Positions 25,765 to 39,034 of a DNA stretch of 64,000 nt are shown here, piece by piece. The notes below the pieces were generated by a model. It saw nothing but the letters and a program-made list of their open reading frames with translations, had not been told where the DNA came from and did no database searches. The stretch covers positions 310,001-374,000 of the forward strand of contig OZ176052.1 of assembly GCA_964247055.1 (NCBI GenBank), read 5' to 3'. The stretch is from Paragordius varius. Taxonomy: Eukaryota > Animalia > Nematomorpha. Position 1 is the stretch's first letter. Each line of letters starts with the position of its first letter. The position numbers and the translations under genes are program-made.

Positions 25765-26539
25765 CAGGGGCGTACCGAGGGGGGTAAGGGGGTGAATCAT
25801 GCCCCGGGCGCCGGTGCCTAAATGATTTTTTAAAATTAAATTTTAATTATGCAAAAATAATAAGAACTTTTAAATGAGATTTTTTACCAATTTAGGTAAT
25901 AATCCCTAAAATATATACTCTATTATTCACCTAATTAATACGATAAAACGAGAATGACTTAACATTGTTGAGAGAGGAAAAAAAAATTTTATATGATAGA
26001 TTTTAATGATATAATTGATAATTTTGCAATATCAAAAGCCAGAAAATTTTTTACATAAAAGATATTTTCTCTCTTGGTTGCTTTTTTCATTTCCAAAAGA
26101 TAAAATCTTTATATAATTAATATTTTATTAAATAAATTGCATTATTCTGTTGAAATTGTATTGTTAAATTCACCTAGATTTACAATTATTTTTTAAAACA
26201 TTATTGTTCCCTATTATCATAAGATCAATTTAATATATGCAACAAAAACATTATTTTTAGATATAATTTCTATATTATAGAATTATTAGAATATTTATTT
26301 ATTTATATATTTAAAAATGAATAAATTTAGTATCATATAAATATATATATATATATATATTTAAAATTTATATGACTCTGCTGTCTTATCTATGGTGTTT
26401 AGGTTAAAACGTTTGTATTTACTAAATTGTTTTATTGGCTTATTAAAAAAGAAAAAAAAAAGGGGGGGGGGGGGGGAAGGGAGGGGGGCACCATAAAAGT
26501 TTTATGCCCCGGGCGCCGCAAATGCTCGGTACCCCACTG
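25765..26539. mobile_element. hAT-type MITE with 8-bp TSD
   Basis: TIRs CAGGGGCGTACCGAG / CTCGGTACCCCACTG; perfect TSD gtttgaca at 25757-25764 and 26540-26547. Confidence 0.85.
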
Positions 26540-27625
26540 GTTTGACATGAAACTTTTTTTTTCAAAACAAAATTGTATTTAGATATTTTGGCATATTTAT
26601 ATAATTTTTAATAAATAGAAAATTTTAAGTGGGAACGTTTCATTTAGTAGTAAAAATCCCAACTCAAAGGGTATTTAGATACCTCAAATTGAATCGAAGT
26701 GTTAATCTAGTCGGTTATTTACAACTTTACAAGATTTATAATCTTTTAGCATTCTTATGTTATCAGAAATATAAAGGGTGTTCTTCAATTTCTAATTTTA
26801 GTTATGTACATCACAACATGATTACGTGTTGAAAAAAATGTTTAAACAATGAAAACAAAAATAACATCATGTAAGTTTTTAAACATTCTTTTCCCTAAAG
26901 TCTATATATTTATAACAATAGAAAGTGGTGGCTTTGTGATCTGTTTCCGAAAACCGGTAGACCCATTCAAATCCAAATGTCTAAAAATAATCATAATTGC
27001 ATACCTCGACAATACCTTGGTCTTTTATTGAATTATGCCCCCAGTTCGGGCCCACCGAGATGTTAAAAACAATTTTTTTTGAAAAAGAAGTCCACAAAAA
27101 TCATGTCTTTAAGATCATATTCCGGAAAACGTGTTGGACCATTTGATTTTTTTGATTTTTTTTGATAGCGCTGATCATAGTCGGCTCGCTTTTTTAATTT
27201 ATACCCTCTTTTTACCCGGTCCCCTGTAAAATGCCATTTTTTCAAAATAATTGTCCACAAAAATAATTTTTTGAAACTATTTTTCGCCCAAAGTATGAGA
27301 CCGGAAAAATTGAAGAAGGATACCAGGTATTCCCTGTTAAAAGGCAGAAATTCTGGTTAAGCGTTTCTTCTTTGATGATAGCTGCTGGCTAAGGAGTTAT
27401 CCCCTAAAAACTGACCCATCATATCTAAATAGCGAGCTTTTGGGGCTAAATTTCAGAAAACCTATCACGCCATATGAGTACAATTCGTGCTTAAAATATT
27501 ACCCGTAACCAGGCAAAAATTAAGGTTGTGAGTTTTTTTAAAATTTCCCTTTATTATGTATGCTATTTGGAAATAATTTATGACTTTCTAGCGATGTATA
27601 CTTATTCATACTGTACCGTCTATGT

Positions 27626-29236
27626 CAGGGCTTCTTAAACTTATGTAGTTCACGACCCCATTTATGATTGCGAGTGTCTTAACGACCCTAACAAATTTAA
27701 AAGAAAAATAATAGTTTCTTCAAAATTACACTTAGAAATTTAGTTAATAATAATATTATATAGGATTATTTCGGTTTTAAGAGATTGACAAAAATAAATC
27801 TACATTTTTATAAATTTCTATAATATTTTCTGATTCATAGTAAATTTATACAAGATACTAGCTGGCTTTGTCACGCTTCGGTGTGGCGAAGTCTCACCGA
27901 TAATTATTCTTAATAATTTGCAATAAGAGTTAATGGAGATAAAAAATAATAATAAACATATTCAATAAAAACAATATCTTTAATCATTCTTTTACGGGTT
28001 TTGCATAAGCTGAAATATTGTGTACTCGAAATTGACCATATTTAATCTGCCCTTATTAATGTTTTCTACTATCATTGGATTTATTTAAAATATTAGTTTT
28101 ACGAAATCATGGTTAAAAATTCTAATTTAAAATTGTGTTCACACAGCTGGGATCAAAGGATATGAAAAGTAAATCATTTGTGGTTGCCTTTTTGAAGGAA
28201 AGAATGATATTATACAACCCCAGAAATGCATTTAACTGAACTCGTATAGCTTATTAGTTTTGTAAAAATTAGCTCCAATACTGCGCCCATTTTGTATTTC
28301 GTCTCAGTTTTAAACAGGTAGTTCCTGCCCATAGCCTATATGGAAAAAGCGGTAATTTCAATTTTTTGCCTTTATAAAGATGGAATCATCTTTGAGACCA
28401 TCGTCTCATGGGTAATTCAAAAAAATATCTTAACAATAAATAATCGTTATATGATGGCGTGTTATGGCATAAAGGCCCCAAATTAACGAATAAAAACCCG
28501 GCCTTAATTACCTAGTTACGGGTAATATTTCAAGCTATTAATTAGCTCATATGGCTTCATAAATTTTCTATAAAATAGCTCCAAAACAATGCAATTTCTA
28601 TACAGTGGCGCAGTTTTAGCCCCTATCTGTTTACCCTGCAGCCAATATTAAAAAAAGCAAGACTAAAAATCTTGCTTTTTAACAGAGCATAAGTCGAATC
28701 CTCAGTGAAACCGTCTCACACACTGGGCAAAAAATTATTTAATTTTTTTGATAAAAAATGGCATTTTACTGAAGGAACGGGTAAAAAGTGAGCCTAAATT
28801 AAAAAAGAGCCGACGCCGAAAAAAAATAATAATAATCATATTTTAAATGAAATGGTTTAACACGTTTAACGGAAAATTGTCTCAAAGACACGTTTTTTCT
28901 GGACTTCTGTTTTCAAAAAACCCGTTTTTTACAATGGGGTGGGCCCGAACTGGGAGCCTAATTCAAAAAAAGGGCGAAGCTATTGTCGAGGCATTCATCA
29001 TTTATTATATTTTTTGACATTTGGATTTGAATGGGTCCGGGTTTCCTTAAACATATCACAAAACCAGCATTTTCCATTTTTATAAATTTATAAATTATAA
29101 TGATCGGAATAAAAATGCTGGTATAAACAGTACGATAATTGTTATTTTTCTTTATAACAATAATATTACAAATGAAAAAACATTTTTTATTAAATTTTAT
29201 TTTTATCACTCGCGACCCATAGTTTAAGAAGCCCTG
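27626..29236. mobile_element. Non-autonomous hAT (Charlie/Buster-like) element
   Basis: TIRs CAGGGCTTCTTAAACT / AGTTTAAGAAGCCCTG; TSD gtctatgt / gtctatat (7 of 8 match). Confidence 0.75.
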
Positions 29237-29877
29237 GTCTATATAAAAAAATGGAAAGTGGTGGCTTTGTGATTTATTTCCGGAAAACCGGTAGACCCAT
29301 TTAAATCCAATTGTCAAAAAAGTTTAATCATTAATGAATGCCCCGACAATAGCCTCGCCTTTTTTTGAATTAGTCCCACAGTACGGGCCCACCCCGTGTG
29401 AAAAACGGATTTTTTTGAAAACAAGTTTACAAAAATCCTGTCTTTGATTTTCCAGAGAACGTGTTAGACCATTCGATTTCAAATATGATTTTTTTTTATT
29501 TTCGATTGCGCCAAATAGTCGGCTTTTTTAGACCCTCTTTTTACCCGCTTACACTTTTTAAAACTTGGCAAAGTATTATTGCAGCCTACTTGATACGATT
29601 TTGAGGCTTTTTGGAAAGGGTATAAAAAAACTTTTAATTCATTACAAAACACTTTTTATTTATAATATGATGATTATGAACCACATTATCACCACAGTTT
29701 TAATTGTAAGCTTCGTTTGTTAATAATTTGGGTAATTTTCGGTAAAAAAACACATATTTAACCTAATCATGAAGACGAAAGAATTTATTCTAAAATCTGA
29801 TGTGATAGAAATGTTCAGCGTCATCGAATTATAGAAAAAGTGTATTAATGTCTTCAAGCGTTACACAGTTTTCTTAA

Positions 29878-30369
29878 CACTTCGATTCAAATTGGGGTAT
29901 CTAAATACGCCAGATTAAATTTAAATTAATAATTTTAAAAAACTACTGAAGGAAACGGCCCAATTTAAATTTATGCTTCTATCCTCGACGCCATTTTTAT
30001 TTTACAAAATTTTTGCAAAATATCGTCTTCATTTAATTTTAAGGGTAAAACTAAAGCTAATTTTTTATGTAAATTACAACTAACATCGATAGAAATAGAA
30101 AAAGTGGTTTTTTTATATTATTTTTTAATTTTACAATTTGCGTGTCACGTTGACGAAATTTTTGTCTTTGGGTTTTAGGTTAAAATAAGTAATATCAAGT
30201 ATTTTTGAATAAAATTTTTTATACGGTATATTAATGTTATATAAGTGCAAAATTTTGCCATGGTTTCGATCCCTTCCATACCTTTTAAAGTATTTGATTT
30301 TAAACAGGCCTGGGGTCAACTACCCCAATTTGAATTGAAGGACTAAAATGAATGTGTTGTATCCAAGTG
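29878..30369 (+). mobile_element. piggyBac-type MITE
   Basis: TTAA at 29874-29877 and 30370-30373; empty paralogous site gttttcTTAAtgcaaaatagc at 47841-47844. Confidence 0.9.
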
Positions 30370-30821
30370 TTAATGCAAAATAGCATGAAGTACGCTTCAA
30401 CAAAATTTTGCAAAATTATAATTTTAAAAATGTATGCATTTTTTAATTTTTAGCTGATTAGCATATATGAATATTTTATACAGCAAGCTGCATGTTTGCG
30501 TTTATAAGAAACTCCCATTTACATAATTCCAAAAATGGGACTTTCGGAGTTCACATCAAAAAATTAAATGCCTATAATATTTTGCATTTTATTAGTTTAT
30601 TTTAAATTTTAGTGATATGTTTTGGAAGCATTTATCTTTCATAAAAAAATTTTTTACTAATATTTTTCGCGATTGCCATTTTATGACCTGAAACTCTTGC
30701 CATAAAAGTGTAAACGAACTTAAAAACGTGTAACTCCTAAAACCAAAAACACCGTTCCTGATATATTCTATCGGAATATATAAAAAATAAAAATACTTTC
30801 TTTTGAAGACGAAATTACAAG

Positions 30822-30869
<48 letters not shown>

Positions 30870-31286
30870 TCAGCTTATCTTATGATACAGGACAATGTTT
30901 GATAATCATATTTTAACTAAAATAGGTCTTAAAACAGTATTATAGTTAAAAGATTGAGCTCTGGGATATGTAACTTCCCTAATACATGGCGGAAAAAAGT
31001 GAAAACGTCATAAAGTGCAAATTAATGCACAATTTATAAGGTTTAAATGCGCTGGCAAAATCAAACATAAAATTTATATATCTATATTTTGCAAAATAAA
31101 ATTTCATGTTTTAGCAATTATATATTTTTTTAACGTTAAATGCTGTTGTAGTACTTTACTCCACATCATGGTTTTATTTTTTATATCTAAATTTATTTTA
31201 CAAATAATACATATTTTCAACATGCCTACACCATTTTTATATTATCGCGCATTTCTTTCAGTATTCAGTTATTAAAATCAATCATT

Positions 31287-32007
31287 ACACATTTATTATT
31301 TATATAAAAAAAGTCATTAAAAAATATGTTAAATCTTAACCATTTGCTACTGTTAATTTGCTTGTAAAAATTAAAAAGATTAATGCGGTATTTTAAATGT
31401 ATTATAAAGGCAAATAACAACTGGAATTTATAGATTAAAGATAACGAATGCGGTATCTTAAGAGGACTTTACAAAGGGAAAAAATTGTTTTAATTAAGAG
31501 ATTGATTAAAGAAAATTTAATTTATTGGTCTATAAATGTTAGATTTACATATAAAAGGAGAAAAATTGATTTAAATATCAGACACTTTATGAATACCAAC
31601 TGGAATTTATAGACTATAAAAAAACATGGACTAAAAACGGAAATACACACTAGCAAAAGTTAAATATTGGTTTATAAAATCGTATCAAACAAGATAAATA
31701 CTGTTACAGTATGAAAATATGCATTCGATTGAATTAAGCTTAAAGAATATTAGATCTATTAAACATTAGTATAAATATATAGGACATAGTCGATTGGATT
31801 TATTTTACCAGGAAATGTCAAATATATCTTCATTTTATTTCATACATATCTTTATATAAACTTATCATTATATCCCTAGAAGTCAACCCGACCCCCGACG
31901 CAACTAGACGGCTGTCACTGAACCACCATTGACTGGTGTTTGGAAGGGCAGCAAGGGACGTCTTTTGTGGACAGTGGCGACGTGGGTCTGCTACACCCTT
32001 TTCTTGA
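31287..32007 (-). repeat. Second copy of the tRNA-like-head repeat, inserted only in duplication unit 1
   Basis: Absent from the paralogous site tcaatcactattatccctattttt at ~38372 and ~48715. Confidence 0.6.
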
Positions 32008-32533
32008 TACACCTTGATCCCTATTTTTATAATAAATTTATTGTTTCGCTAAATTTATTTTAAATTTTTCAAGTAAGTTCATGCAATCGTTGTAATATTT
32101 GATTATATTGATTTTTATACGCCATTAAAAATAAGTTTTATTTCAATTTTTCAACGGATATTAGTTGTAATTCCATTTCACCTAATTTTATTATTCACTC
32201 AAGTATGTTTGTCATTTTTTTACCATATTTTACATCACAACTTATATTTTTTGGTCCATAATGTTATTTTTATTTTTGGAGATTTGGTTCGGTTCCTGGT
32301 ATAAGTACAAAAGTGCCCTGATATCGATATAATTACTGGATTTGTTTAAATTTTTTTGACATATACCCCCTTTTCATAACTTTATAATATTAAATTGACA
32401 ACCTTAACATTAATTTATAAACTTTTCAAATAATTTTTTTTATAAAATTTGTAAAAATTTTACTTTTAAAATTTGTTAAAATTTTATCTTTCTGTTTGAA
32501 TAAAAAGGTTTCTAAATTGATTTTTATGATTGT

Positions 32534-32687
32534 GTTTGGGCCACTCCTGGAGGTACTGCAATACAGGGTTGACCCGATGGGGAGGGATAGGCAAGCCCAG
32601 AGCGACTCTCCAAAATCTCCAAAAATAAATTTAATATCATGGACCTCTTTAGAGGTCGTATCAGATATTAAGCTGATAAGAACAGAT
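32534..32687 (-). pseudogene. U2: U2 snRNA 3' half (nt 39 to end)
   Basis: ATCTGTTCTTATCAGCTTAATATCTGATACGACCTCTAAAGAGGTCC...ATTTTTGGAG...TATTGCAGTACCTCCAGGAGTGGCCCAAAC. Confidence 0.95.
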
Positions 32688-32895
32688 TTTAATTTATTAA
32701 TGAACAAAAAAAAATATATATTCATGTTTTAATATATGATTGTGATTTGTATATAGGTAAATATGAAGAAATGCAATGTAAAGTTCATAATTTAAAATGA
32801 TTATATGTTAATGATTTTAATAAATGTTTATAATTTTAGTTTTTATTTTATGCTTCTCTTTTACTAGTTCACCCAAAAAAACTCATCAGTGAGTA
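32688..32895 (-). mobile_element. Lineage C Utopia 3' UTR only (~200 bp)
   Basis: Matches 39035-39250 up to ctcatcagtgag, then breaks into a MITE end. Confidence 0.8.
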
Positions 32896-34698
32896 CCCCA
32901 ATTTAAATCGAAGGATTAAAATGAGTGTATTGATCCAAGAATTTAAAGGTTGGTTTGCTTGCAAATGGTTAATTTTTGTAAAAAACACAATTTTTATCAA
33001 ACCTTAATTTTAAAAACGAACAATATTTTAAAATTCTGATAAGAAAAATGTATAGCATTATCGTATATATATAAAGTTAACATCTTAACCGTTTATATCG
33101 TTTCCATCATGCTGAAAATAGTATGAAATACGCTTCAACAAAATTTGGCTAATAATTAATTATTTGAAAGAATATTTAAAAAATATATTTATTTGATATA
33201 AAAATTTAGCATATAAAAAGAATTGCACAATGTCGGAATTTTTGCGTTAGCTTTGAGAGAACAGCCAATTTTAAAAGAGCCAAAAAATTTGGGACTTTCA
33301 GAGACCACATCTAACAATTAATTATTTTTAAAAATATTTTTCTTTTTCCATGTTATATTATAGTGATATTTTTGAAATAAAGCATTTGGTTTTCACCATA
33401 AAATGTATTTGCAAAAATTGCGCATCTTTTGCAATTTTATACGGAGCACCTGCCACAAAATTGTAAATTTTCTTTAATAATTCGTAATGGTTAAACCAAA
33501 AGCAGTATGTTAATCTAGTAATTATCCTAATATAAATATATATATATATAAATCATCAGAATACTTTGTGGAAACTGTGTAATATACCACACCGATGGTG
33601 TAAAAACATTCAAAGTATGTTTTAATTTTGTATTTGATAAATTCTGGCTAATCAATCTATTCATTGGGTGGATACAAAAGAGTAAATTAGAAAAACTCTG
33701 CTAATATTTAATAACATGGTATATAAAAATATACTAAACATATCAATTCCGTGACCGCAAAAAAAATTGGATTCTCGGAAATTTCTTAAAATTGATAATG
33801 AAATATTATGTAAAATTTCAAATCTTCGTTTATTAAAGGCAAAAGGTTACTTCACTATTAACCAATGTAAAGAATTTATTTCATCATAAATTTATTTCGA
33901 ATGTAATGTTTATAATCAATTAAAAATAATTATATTATATTGTATAAACATCTTCTCATTATATCAAATGGACTCCAAATAAAATGTAGTGTGATAAAGA
34001 AGTGGAAAGTGATTTAAATTTAAATGGTTTCATCAATCTAAAAATTATTACCAGGCTCAATATTTAAAAACTATAATATTAAATAATATACTTGCGAGTT
34101 AGCTTGAAAAACGTCAATAAATGCATATTCTATTAATTTTTTATCTTTTTGTGCCTTATTTCATAAATTTGGCTGAAAATGATCAAAATAGTTTCCATAA
34201 AATTCGAATCGGGTGGCAAAAAAATGTTACATTCATAAGCAAAAAACTTGACTTAAGTGTTTTTTTATCACCGATCTTCAAGTATACACTTGCTGGCTTA
34301 AATAAACTTGCCAGGCTTGACTTACAAGTCAGTGCGACTTTTTATCACCCCACCCTATTTTTCGCCCAAAGTATGAGACCGGAAAAATTGAATAAGTATT
34401 CCAGGTATTCCCTGTTTAAAGGCAAAAATTTTAGTTAAGCGTTTCTTTGATGATAGCTGCTGGGTAAGGAGTTACCCGCTAAAAACTGACCCGTCACATC
34501 TAAATAGCGAGCTTTTGGGGCTAAATTTCAGAAAACATATCTATATGAGTACAATTTGTGCTTAAAATATTACCCGTGACCAGGCAAAAATTAAGGTTGT
34601 GAGATTTTTTTTTAAATTTCCCTTTATTATGTATGCTATTTGGAAATAATTTATGACTTTCTAGCGATGTATACTTATTCATACTGTACCGTCTATGT

Positions 34699-36264
34699 CA
34701 GGCTTCTTAAACTTTTGTAGTTCACGACCCCATTTATGATTGCGAGTGTCTTAACGACCCTAACAAATTAAAAAAAATAATAGTTTCTTCAAAATAACAC
34801 TTAGAAATTTAGTTGTTAATATTATTAGGATTATTTCGGTTTTAAGAGATTGACAAAAATAAATCTACATTTTTTATAAATTTCTATAATATATTCTGAT
34901 TCATAGTAAATTTATACAAGATACTAGCTGTTGTCAGGCTTCGGTGTGGCGTAGTCTCACCGATAATTATTCTTAATAATTTGCAATAAATAGAGTTAAT
35001 GGAGATAAAAAATAATAATAAACATATTCAATAAAAAGAATATCTTTAATCATTCTTTTACGGGTTTTGCATAAGCTGAAATATTGTGTACTCGAAATTG
35101 ACCATATTTAATCTGCTCTTATTTATGTGGATTTAATTAAAATATTAGTTTTACGAAATCATGGTAAAAATTCTAATTTAAAATTGTGTTCATACAGCTG
35201 GGATCAAAGGATATGAAAAGTAAATCATTTGTGGTTGCCTTTTTGAAGGAAAGAATGATATTATACAACCCCAGAAATGCATTTAACTCAACTCGTATAG
35301 CTTCTTAGTTTTTTGAAAATTAGCTCCAATACTGCGCCCATTTTGTATTTCGTCTCAATTTTAAACCATAGACCCCTACCCATAGGCCTATATGGAAAAA
35401 GCGGTAGTTAAATTTTTTGCCTTTATAAGAAAATATTTGGAATCATCTTTGAGACCATCTTCTCATGGGTAATTCGAAAAAATATCTCAACAGTAAATAA
35501 TCGTTATATGATGGCGTGTTAGGGCATAAAGGCCCCAAATTAACGAATAAAAACCCGGCCTTAATTACCTAATTACGGATAATATTTCAAGCTATCATAA
35601 ATTTTCTATAAAATAGCTCCAAAACAATGCAATTTCTATACAGTGGCGCAGTTTTAGCCCCTATCTGTTTACCCTGCAGCCAATATTAAAAAAAGCAAGA
35701 CTAAAAATCTTGCTTTTTAACAGAGCATAAGTCGAATCCTCAGTGAAACCGTCTCACACACTGGGCAAAAAATTATTTAATTTTTTTGATAAAAAATGGC
35801 ATTTTATGGAGGGAACGGGTAAAAAGTGAGCCCAAATTAAAAAAGAGCCGACGCCGAAAAAAAATAATAATAATCATATTTTAAATGAAATGGTTTAACA
35901 CGTTTACCGGAAAATTGTCTCAAAGACACGTTTTTTCTGGACTTATGTTTTCAAAAAACCCGTTTTTTACAATGGGGTGGGCCCGAACTGGGAGCCTAAT
36001 TCAAAAAAAGGGCGAAGCTATTGTCGAGGCATTCATCATTGATTATTTTTTAACATTTGGATTTGAATGGGTCCCGGTTTCCTTAAACATATCACAAAAT
36101 CTTTTCCATTTTTATAAATATATAAATTATAATGATCGGAATAAGAATGCTAGTATAAACTGTACGATAATTGTTATTTTTCTTTATAACAATAATATTA
36201 CAAGTAAAAAAACATTTTTTATTAATTTTTTTATCACTCGCGACCCATAGTTTAAGAAGCCCTG
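34699..36264. mobile_element. Paralogous non-autonomous hAT element
   Basis: CAGGCTTCTTAAACT ... AGTTTAAGAAGCCCTG with gtctatgt / gtctatat flanks. Confidence 0.75.
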
Positions 36265-36898
36265 GTCTATATAAAAAAATGGAAAGTGGTGGCTTTGTAT
36301 TTCCGGAAAACCGGTAGACCCATTCAAATCCAATTGTCAAAAAAGTTTAATCATTAATGAATGCCCCGACAATAGCCTCGCCTTTTTTTGAATTAGTCCC
36401 ACAGTACGGGCTCACCCCGTGTGAAAAACGGATTTTTTTGAAAACAAGTTTACAAAAATCCTGTCTTTGATTTTCCAGAGAACGTGTTAGACCATTCGAT
36501 TTCAAATATGATTTTTTTTTTATTTTCGATTGCGCCAAATAGTCGGCTTTTTTAGACCCTCTTTTTACCCGCTTACACTTTTTAAAACTTGGCAAAGTAT
36601 TATTGTAGCCTACTTGATACGATTTTGAGGCTTTTTGGAAAGGGTATAAAAAAACTTTTAATTCATTACAAAACACTTTTTATTTATAATATTATGATTA
36701 TGAACCACATTATCACCACAGTTTTAATTGTAAGCTTCGTTTGTTAATGGGTAATTTTCGGTAAAAAAACACATAATTAACCTAATCATGAAGACGAAAG
36801 AATTTATTCTAAATTTTTCTGATGTGATAGAAATGTTCAGCATCATCGAATTATATAAAAATGTATTAATGTCTTAAAGCGTTACACAGTTTTCTTAA

Positions 36899-37472
36899 CA
36901 CTTCGATTCAAATTGGGGTATCTAAATACCCCAGACTAAAATTAAATTAATAATTTTAAAAAACTACTGAAGGAAACGGGCCCAATATAAATTTATGCTT
37001 CTATCCTGATAAAAATTTTATAAATATGCCAAAATATCTTAATAAAATTTTGTTTTGAAAAAAAAGTTCCATCTCAAACTACTACGACGCCATTTTTATT
37101 TTGCAAAATTTTTGCAAAATATCGTCTTCATTTAATTTTAAAGGTAAAACTAAAGCTAATTTTTTATGTAAATTACAACTAACATCGATAGAAATAGAAA
37201 AAATGGTTTTTTTATATTATTTTTTAATTTTACAATTTGACACGTGTCACGTTGACGAAATTTTTGCCTTTCTGTTTTAGGTTAAAATAAGTAATACCTA
37301 GTATTTTTGAATAAAATTTGTTATATATTTCGGTTTATTAATGTTATATAAGTGCAAAATTTTGCCATGGTTTCGATCCCTTCCATACTTTTTAAAGTAT
37401 TTGATTACAGGCCTGGGGTCAACTACCCCAATTTGAATCGAAGGACTAAAATGAGTGTGTTGTATCCAAGTG
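36899..37472 (+). mobile_element. piggyBac-type MITE
   Basis: TTAA at 36895-36898 and 37473-37476. Confidence 0.9.
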
Positions 37473-37928
37473 TTAATGCAAAATAGCATGAAGTACGCTT
37501 CAACAAAATTTTGCAAAATTATAATTTTAAAAATGTATGCATTTTTTAATTTTTAGCTGATTAGCATATATTTTGAATATTTTATACAGCAAGCTGCATG
37601 TTTGCGTTTATAAGAAACTTCCATTTACATAATTCCAAAAATGGGACTCTCGGAGTTCACATCAAAAAATTAAATACCTATAATATTTTGCATTTTATTA
37701 GTTTATTAAAAATTTTAGTGATATGGTTTGGAAGCATTTATCTTTCATAAAAAAATTTTTTTACTAATATTTTTTGCGATTTTGCCATTTTATGACCTGA
37801 AACTCTTGCCATAAAAGTGTAAACCATCTTAAACACGTGTAATTCATAAAACCAAAAACACCGTTCCTGATATATTCTATTATGTAAAAATCAAAAAATA
37901 CTTTCTTTTGAAGACGAAATTACGAGCG

Positions 37929-37966
<38 letters not shown>

Positions 37967-38880
37967 CATCAGCTTATCTTATGATAAAGGACAATGTTTG
38001 ATAATCATATTTTAACTAAAATAGGTCTTAAAACAGTATTATAGTTAAAAGATTGAGCTCTGGGATATGTAACTTCCCTAATACATGGCGGAAAAAAAGT
38101 GAAAACCTCATAAAGTGCAAATTAATGCACAATTTATAAGGTTTAGCGCTGGCAAAATCATACATAAAATTTATATATCTATATTTTGCAAATTAAAATT
38201 TCATTTTATAGCAATTATATTTTTTTTTTAACGTTAAATGCTGTTGTAGTACTTTACTCCACATCATGGTTTTATTTTTTAATTCTAAATTTATTTTACA
38301 AATAATACATATTAACATTACACCATTTTTATATTATCGCGCATTTCTTTCAGTATTCAGTTATGAAAATCAATCACTATTATCCCTATTTTTATAATAA
38401 ATTTATTGTTTCGCTAGTTTTATTTTAAATTTTTCAAGTAAGTTCATGAAATCGTTGTATTTGATTATATTGATTTTTATACGCCATAAAAAATAAGTTT
38501 TAATTTCAATTTTTCAACGGATATTAGTTGTAATTCCATTTTTATTACCACCTAATTTTATTATTCACTCAAGTATGTTTGTCATTTTGTTACCATATTT
38601 TACATGACAACTTATATTTTTTGGTCCATAATGTTATTTTTATTTTTGGAGATTTGGTTCCTGGTATAACAAAAGTGGCCTGATATTGATACACATTACT
38701 AAAATTGTTTAAAATTCTTAAACATACACCACATTTTCATAACTTTATAATATCAAATTCACAACTTTAACATGATTTTAAAAACTTTACAAATTTTTTT
38801 CTATCATAAACTTTTTAAATTTTTTTTTAAAAATATTTATTCTGTTTGAAAAAAGTTTCTAAATTGATTTTAATGATTGT

Positions 38881-39034
38881 GTTTGGGCCACTCCTGGAGG
38901 TACTGCAATACCAGGTTGACCCGATGGGGAGGGATAGGCAAGCCCAGAGCGCCTCCCCAAAATCTCCAAAAATAAATTTAATATCATGGACCTCTTTAGA
39001 GGTCGTATCAGATATTAAGCTGATAAGAACAGAT
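38881..39034 (-). pseudogene. U2: U2 snRNA 3' half (nt 39 to end)
   Basis: 154 nt nearly identical to 32534-32687 and 49210-49363, with SLIIb GACCTCTAAAGAGGTC, the Sm site and SLIV. Confidence 0.95.

Larger units (their letters stand above)
25067..26701 (-). mobile_element. Host piggyBac-type MITE interrupted by two nested insertions
   Basis: Starts CACTTGGATACAACAC at 25067 and ends GAATCGAAGTG|TTAA at 26701. Confidence 0.7.
27280..32895. repeat. Segmental duplication unit 1 (direct paralog of 34355-39250)
   Basis: Colinear from ttcgcccaaagtatgagaccgg through the hAT element, MITE, (TA)n, U2 3' half and lineage C 3' UTR. Confidence 0.9.

Noticed and set aside
27857-27890. tactagctg... motif resembling Helentron/HINE starts
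   Set aside because: No matching 3' terminus or hairpin could be identified by eye.
30592-30870. ORFs containing (YI)n runs (also at 20409-20690)
   Set aside because: Translation of (TA)n microsatellites.
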